Positions 51,703 through 53,556 of a DNA stretch of 53,556 nt are shown here, one piece after another. Where the stretch lies: contig JABDBO010000001.1 in the NCBI GenBank assembly GCA_013288575.1, positions 91-53,646 on the forward strand, given 5' to 3'. A program made the translations under genes and the position numbers. The notes under the pieces were generated by a model. That model searched no databases, was not told where the DNA came from, and worked only from the letters and a program-made list of their open reading frames with translations. Source of the DNA: Alphaproteobacteria bacterium (GTDB lineage: Bacteria > Pseudomonadota > Alphaproteobacteria > Rickettsiales > 21-14-0-20-44-7). How positions within the stretch are numbered: position 1 is the first letter of the stretch; each line of letters starts with the position of its first letter.

Positions 51703-52383
51703 ATGTCTGTAAGGTTATTCGAAGAGATTAAAACAATTGTAATAGAGTCAATGCCCGCATCTTTGCGGCCCCCTGAAACTGCATTAGATGCCTTTATTAA
51801 AGGAATTATAAAAGAACATATACCTCTTTTTCTAGAGGTAACGGCAAAACTTGAAATTGCACTAGCTTTTAAAGGTGATGAGAAAGTAATTGCAAAACAT
51901 GCAGTACAAAAAGCTTCAGACGATTTGAGGAAAATAATAAAGACAATGGAAAGTTATTGCCAAGGCGAAAATCCTGAGGTGTATAGGGATCAATTTTCTG
52001 CTTTAATGGTAAAAGAGAGCTCATACATAAGTGCTAAAGCGGATTATTTAATGGATTATCGTAGATACCACATGCACATTATGGAGGGTAAGGATCTGCG
52101 GGATTGCGTATTGGCTGAGAGCAAGCGAATAGAAGAATTTGACTTAACTCAGATTCTTAATTTGTCAGCCGAACAAGAAGTTTTGCATGTGGCGGTACAA
52201 CGATATTTAAATGCAGCAAGAAATAAGGCCAAAGAGCTGGGATTGATTAAAAAAGACGAGGAATTTAATATAACTGCGGCTATGAATAAAATTGAAGGTT
52301 TTGGTAGTGAAGAAATTGAGAAATATGCCGAGAGATTAGAAAGTGTTCTCGTCAATAGAGGAAACTCTGATATAACTCGGTAA
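51703..52383 (+). CDS. Hypothetical helical protein, 226 aa
   Basis: ATG after a GAGG SD. The composition is AT-rich and K/E-rich, and no family is recognisable. Confidence 0.5.
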   Translation: MSVRLFEEIKTIVIESMPASLRPPETALDAFIKGIIKEHIPLFLEVTAKLEIALAFKGDEKVIAKHAVQKASDDLRKIIKTMESYCQGENPEVYRDQFSALMVKESSYISAKADYLMDYRRYHMHIMEGKDLRDCVLAESKRIEEFDLTQILNLSAEQEVLHVAVQRYLNAARNKAKELGLIKKDEEFNITAAMNKIEGFGSEEIEKYAERLESVLVNRGNSDITR

Positions 52384-53046
52384 ATGAAAACCATCACCAT
52401 TATCGATTACGGTTCCGGCAATTTGCGCTCAGCAGCAAAAGCTTTTGAACATGTTGTACAAAAATCTCCCGGTGCGAAAGTTATAGTTACCAACAACCCT
52501 GCTGATCTTGAAAAAGCAACGCACATTGTGCTACCGGGCGTTGGTGCGTTTGGAGATTGCGCGGCTGGTTTGGCCAAAATTCCTGGCATGGTTGCTGCAT
52601 TAGAAAAACAGGTTTTACAAAATAAAAAACCTTTCTTAGGAATCTGCGTTGGTATGCAATTGCTTGCTGATATCGGGCACGAATATGGTGAGCATAAAGG
52701 TTTGGGCTGGATAAAAGGCGAGGTGAGAAGAATCAACCCTAGTGATAAATCACTCCCTATTCCGCATATGGGTTGGAACGGGCTTGCTGCACAGAAGAAA
52801 TTGCCACTCTTGAATAACATCAAATCAGATGTGTATTTCGTCCACTCATACCAATTTATTTGCGCGAATAATGATAATTTGGTTGCAACCTGTGATTATG
52901 GCGGGCAGATTACTGCCGTTATTGCCAAAGGCAATATCATGGGCGTGCAATTCCATCCGGAAAAAAGTCAAACCGCGGGGCTCACGCTTATCGAGAATTT
53001 TTTAAAGGTGGGCGATAATAATGATGAATACGCAAAAAGAGTTTGA
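52384..53046 (+). CDS. hisH: Imidazole glycerol phosphate synthase, glutamine amidotransferase subunit
   Basis: IIDYGSGNLRS, GICVGMQLL (catalytic Cys) and VQFHPEKS. Confidence 0.93.
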   Translation: MKTITIIDYGSGNLRSAAKAFEHVVQKSPGAKVIVTNNPADLEKATHIVLPGVGAFGDCAAGLAKIPGMVAALEKQVLQNKKPFLGICVGMQLLADIGHEYGEHKGLGWIKGEVRRINPSDKSLPIPHMGWNGLAAQKKLPLLNNIKSDVYFVHSYQFICANNDNLVATCDYGGQITAVIAKGNIMGVQFHPEKSQTAGLTLIENFLKVGDNNDEYAKRV

Positions 53047-53556
53047 GCCAAAAATTATTGTAGAAAAATTGCGCGAGTTAAAAGGCGCTGACCTTGAAGA
53101 ATTATGCGACGCCACCGAGCAAACGATTGATGATGCAGGGCTTGGTTTTTCAGTCGGATTTAACTGGGTTGAAGTTCCCGCGCGCGAAAGACTAGAAGCG
53201 CATTGGAAAGGTTTATTACAGATCCCAGAACGCCAGGTTTTCATCGGCCGGCTTGACGGAGTTATTGCCAGTTCAATCCAATTAGTGAAACCGGCACCAA
53301 GCAACCAGGCGCATAATTTTGCGGCCACTATCCGCGAGCATTTCGTAGCCCCGTGGGCACGTGGGCACGGTTTGGCGAAAACATTGCTGAAAGCTGCGGA
53401 AGAAGAGACAATTGCAGTCAAGATGAAGATTTTAAAATTGGAAGTTCGTGCCACCCAATCGGCAGCGGTTTCACTTTATGAATCCAGCGGCTACAAACGC
53501 TGGGGCGTGTTGGATAAGTATGAATTAGTTGACGGGAAGTATATTGCGGGATACTT
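53020..53556 (+). CDS. GNAT family N-acetyltransferase (3' end lies outside the window)
   Basis: I translated it by hand from the ATGATG at 53020. It is open to the window end and contains APWARGHGLAKTLL and LYESSGYKRWG, which are GNAT motifs A and B. It is absent from the ORF track because no stop lies in the window. Confidence 0.7.

Noticed and set aside
53011-53028. Fur-box-like GATAATAATGATGAATAC
   Set aside because: It lies inside the hisH coding sequence at the GNAT start, and it matches only part of the 19-bp Fur consensus. It is most likely a chance AT-rich match.
53002-53454. 150-aa minus-strand ORF at the window end
   Set aside because: The plus strand carries an open GNAT acetyltransferase frame with clear motifs, running from 53020 to the window edge. 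The minus-strand ORF is its shadow.

Overview
This 53.6-kb chromosomal window has the gene content and synteny of an AT-rich alphaproteobacterium. The markers are an F0 ATP synthase operon with both b and b' subunits, the petABC bc1 operon, class I LysRS, olsBA, and the prmC-DUF4167 and tkt/DUF4164-zapA neighbourhoods. An endosymbiont-like Rickettsiales/Holosporales-type lineage is only an inference. I support about 60 protein genes and one tRNA-Val(GAC). I found no rRNA, CRISPR array, transposase, integrase or phage genes.

The housekeeping blocks are xseA, atpIBE-b'-F, prmC, fabH, plsX-rpmF, rnhB, olsBA, nadD-proA-proB, lysK, petABC, gap-tkt, zapA, ccmA, pyrD/pyrC and hisH. They are interrupted by several accessory islets:

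1. A ~2.1-kb insertion splits rpmF-plsX from fabH. It carries a tandem array of four terminator-bounded cassettes for small hydrophobic peptides. Two of these ORFs are below the ORF-track cutoff, and three cassettes share a conserved ~90-nt leader.
2. An orphan type IV pilus / T2SS-like platform operon (PilC/GspF, PilM-N/GspL-like, PilO/GspM-like) ends in a secreted protein that joins a GspB/PilP-like ING motif to a C-terminal retropepsin-type (DTGA) aspartic protease domain. No ATPase, pilin, prepilin peptidase or secretin is in the window.
3. A chaperone-usher fimbrial cluster has its chaperone gene convergent to the usher.
4. A processive GT2 polysaccharide synthase is fused to an N-terminal MshEN-type c-di-GMP-binding motif. 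Elsewhere a GGDEF protein with a degenerate A-site but intact I-site is translationally coupled to pyrC.
5. There are several orphan proteins and at least three kinds of structured intergenic repeats.

All functional calls rest on motif recognition by eye. No searches were run.
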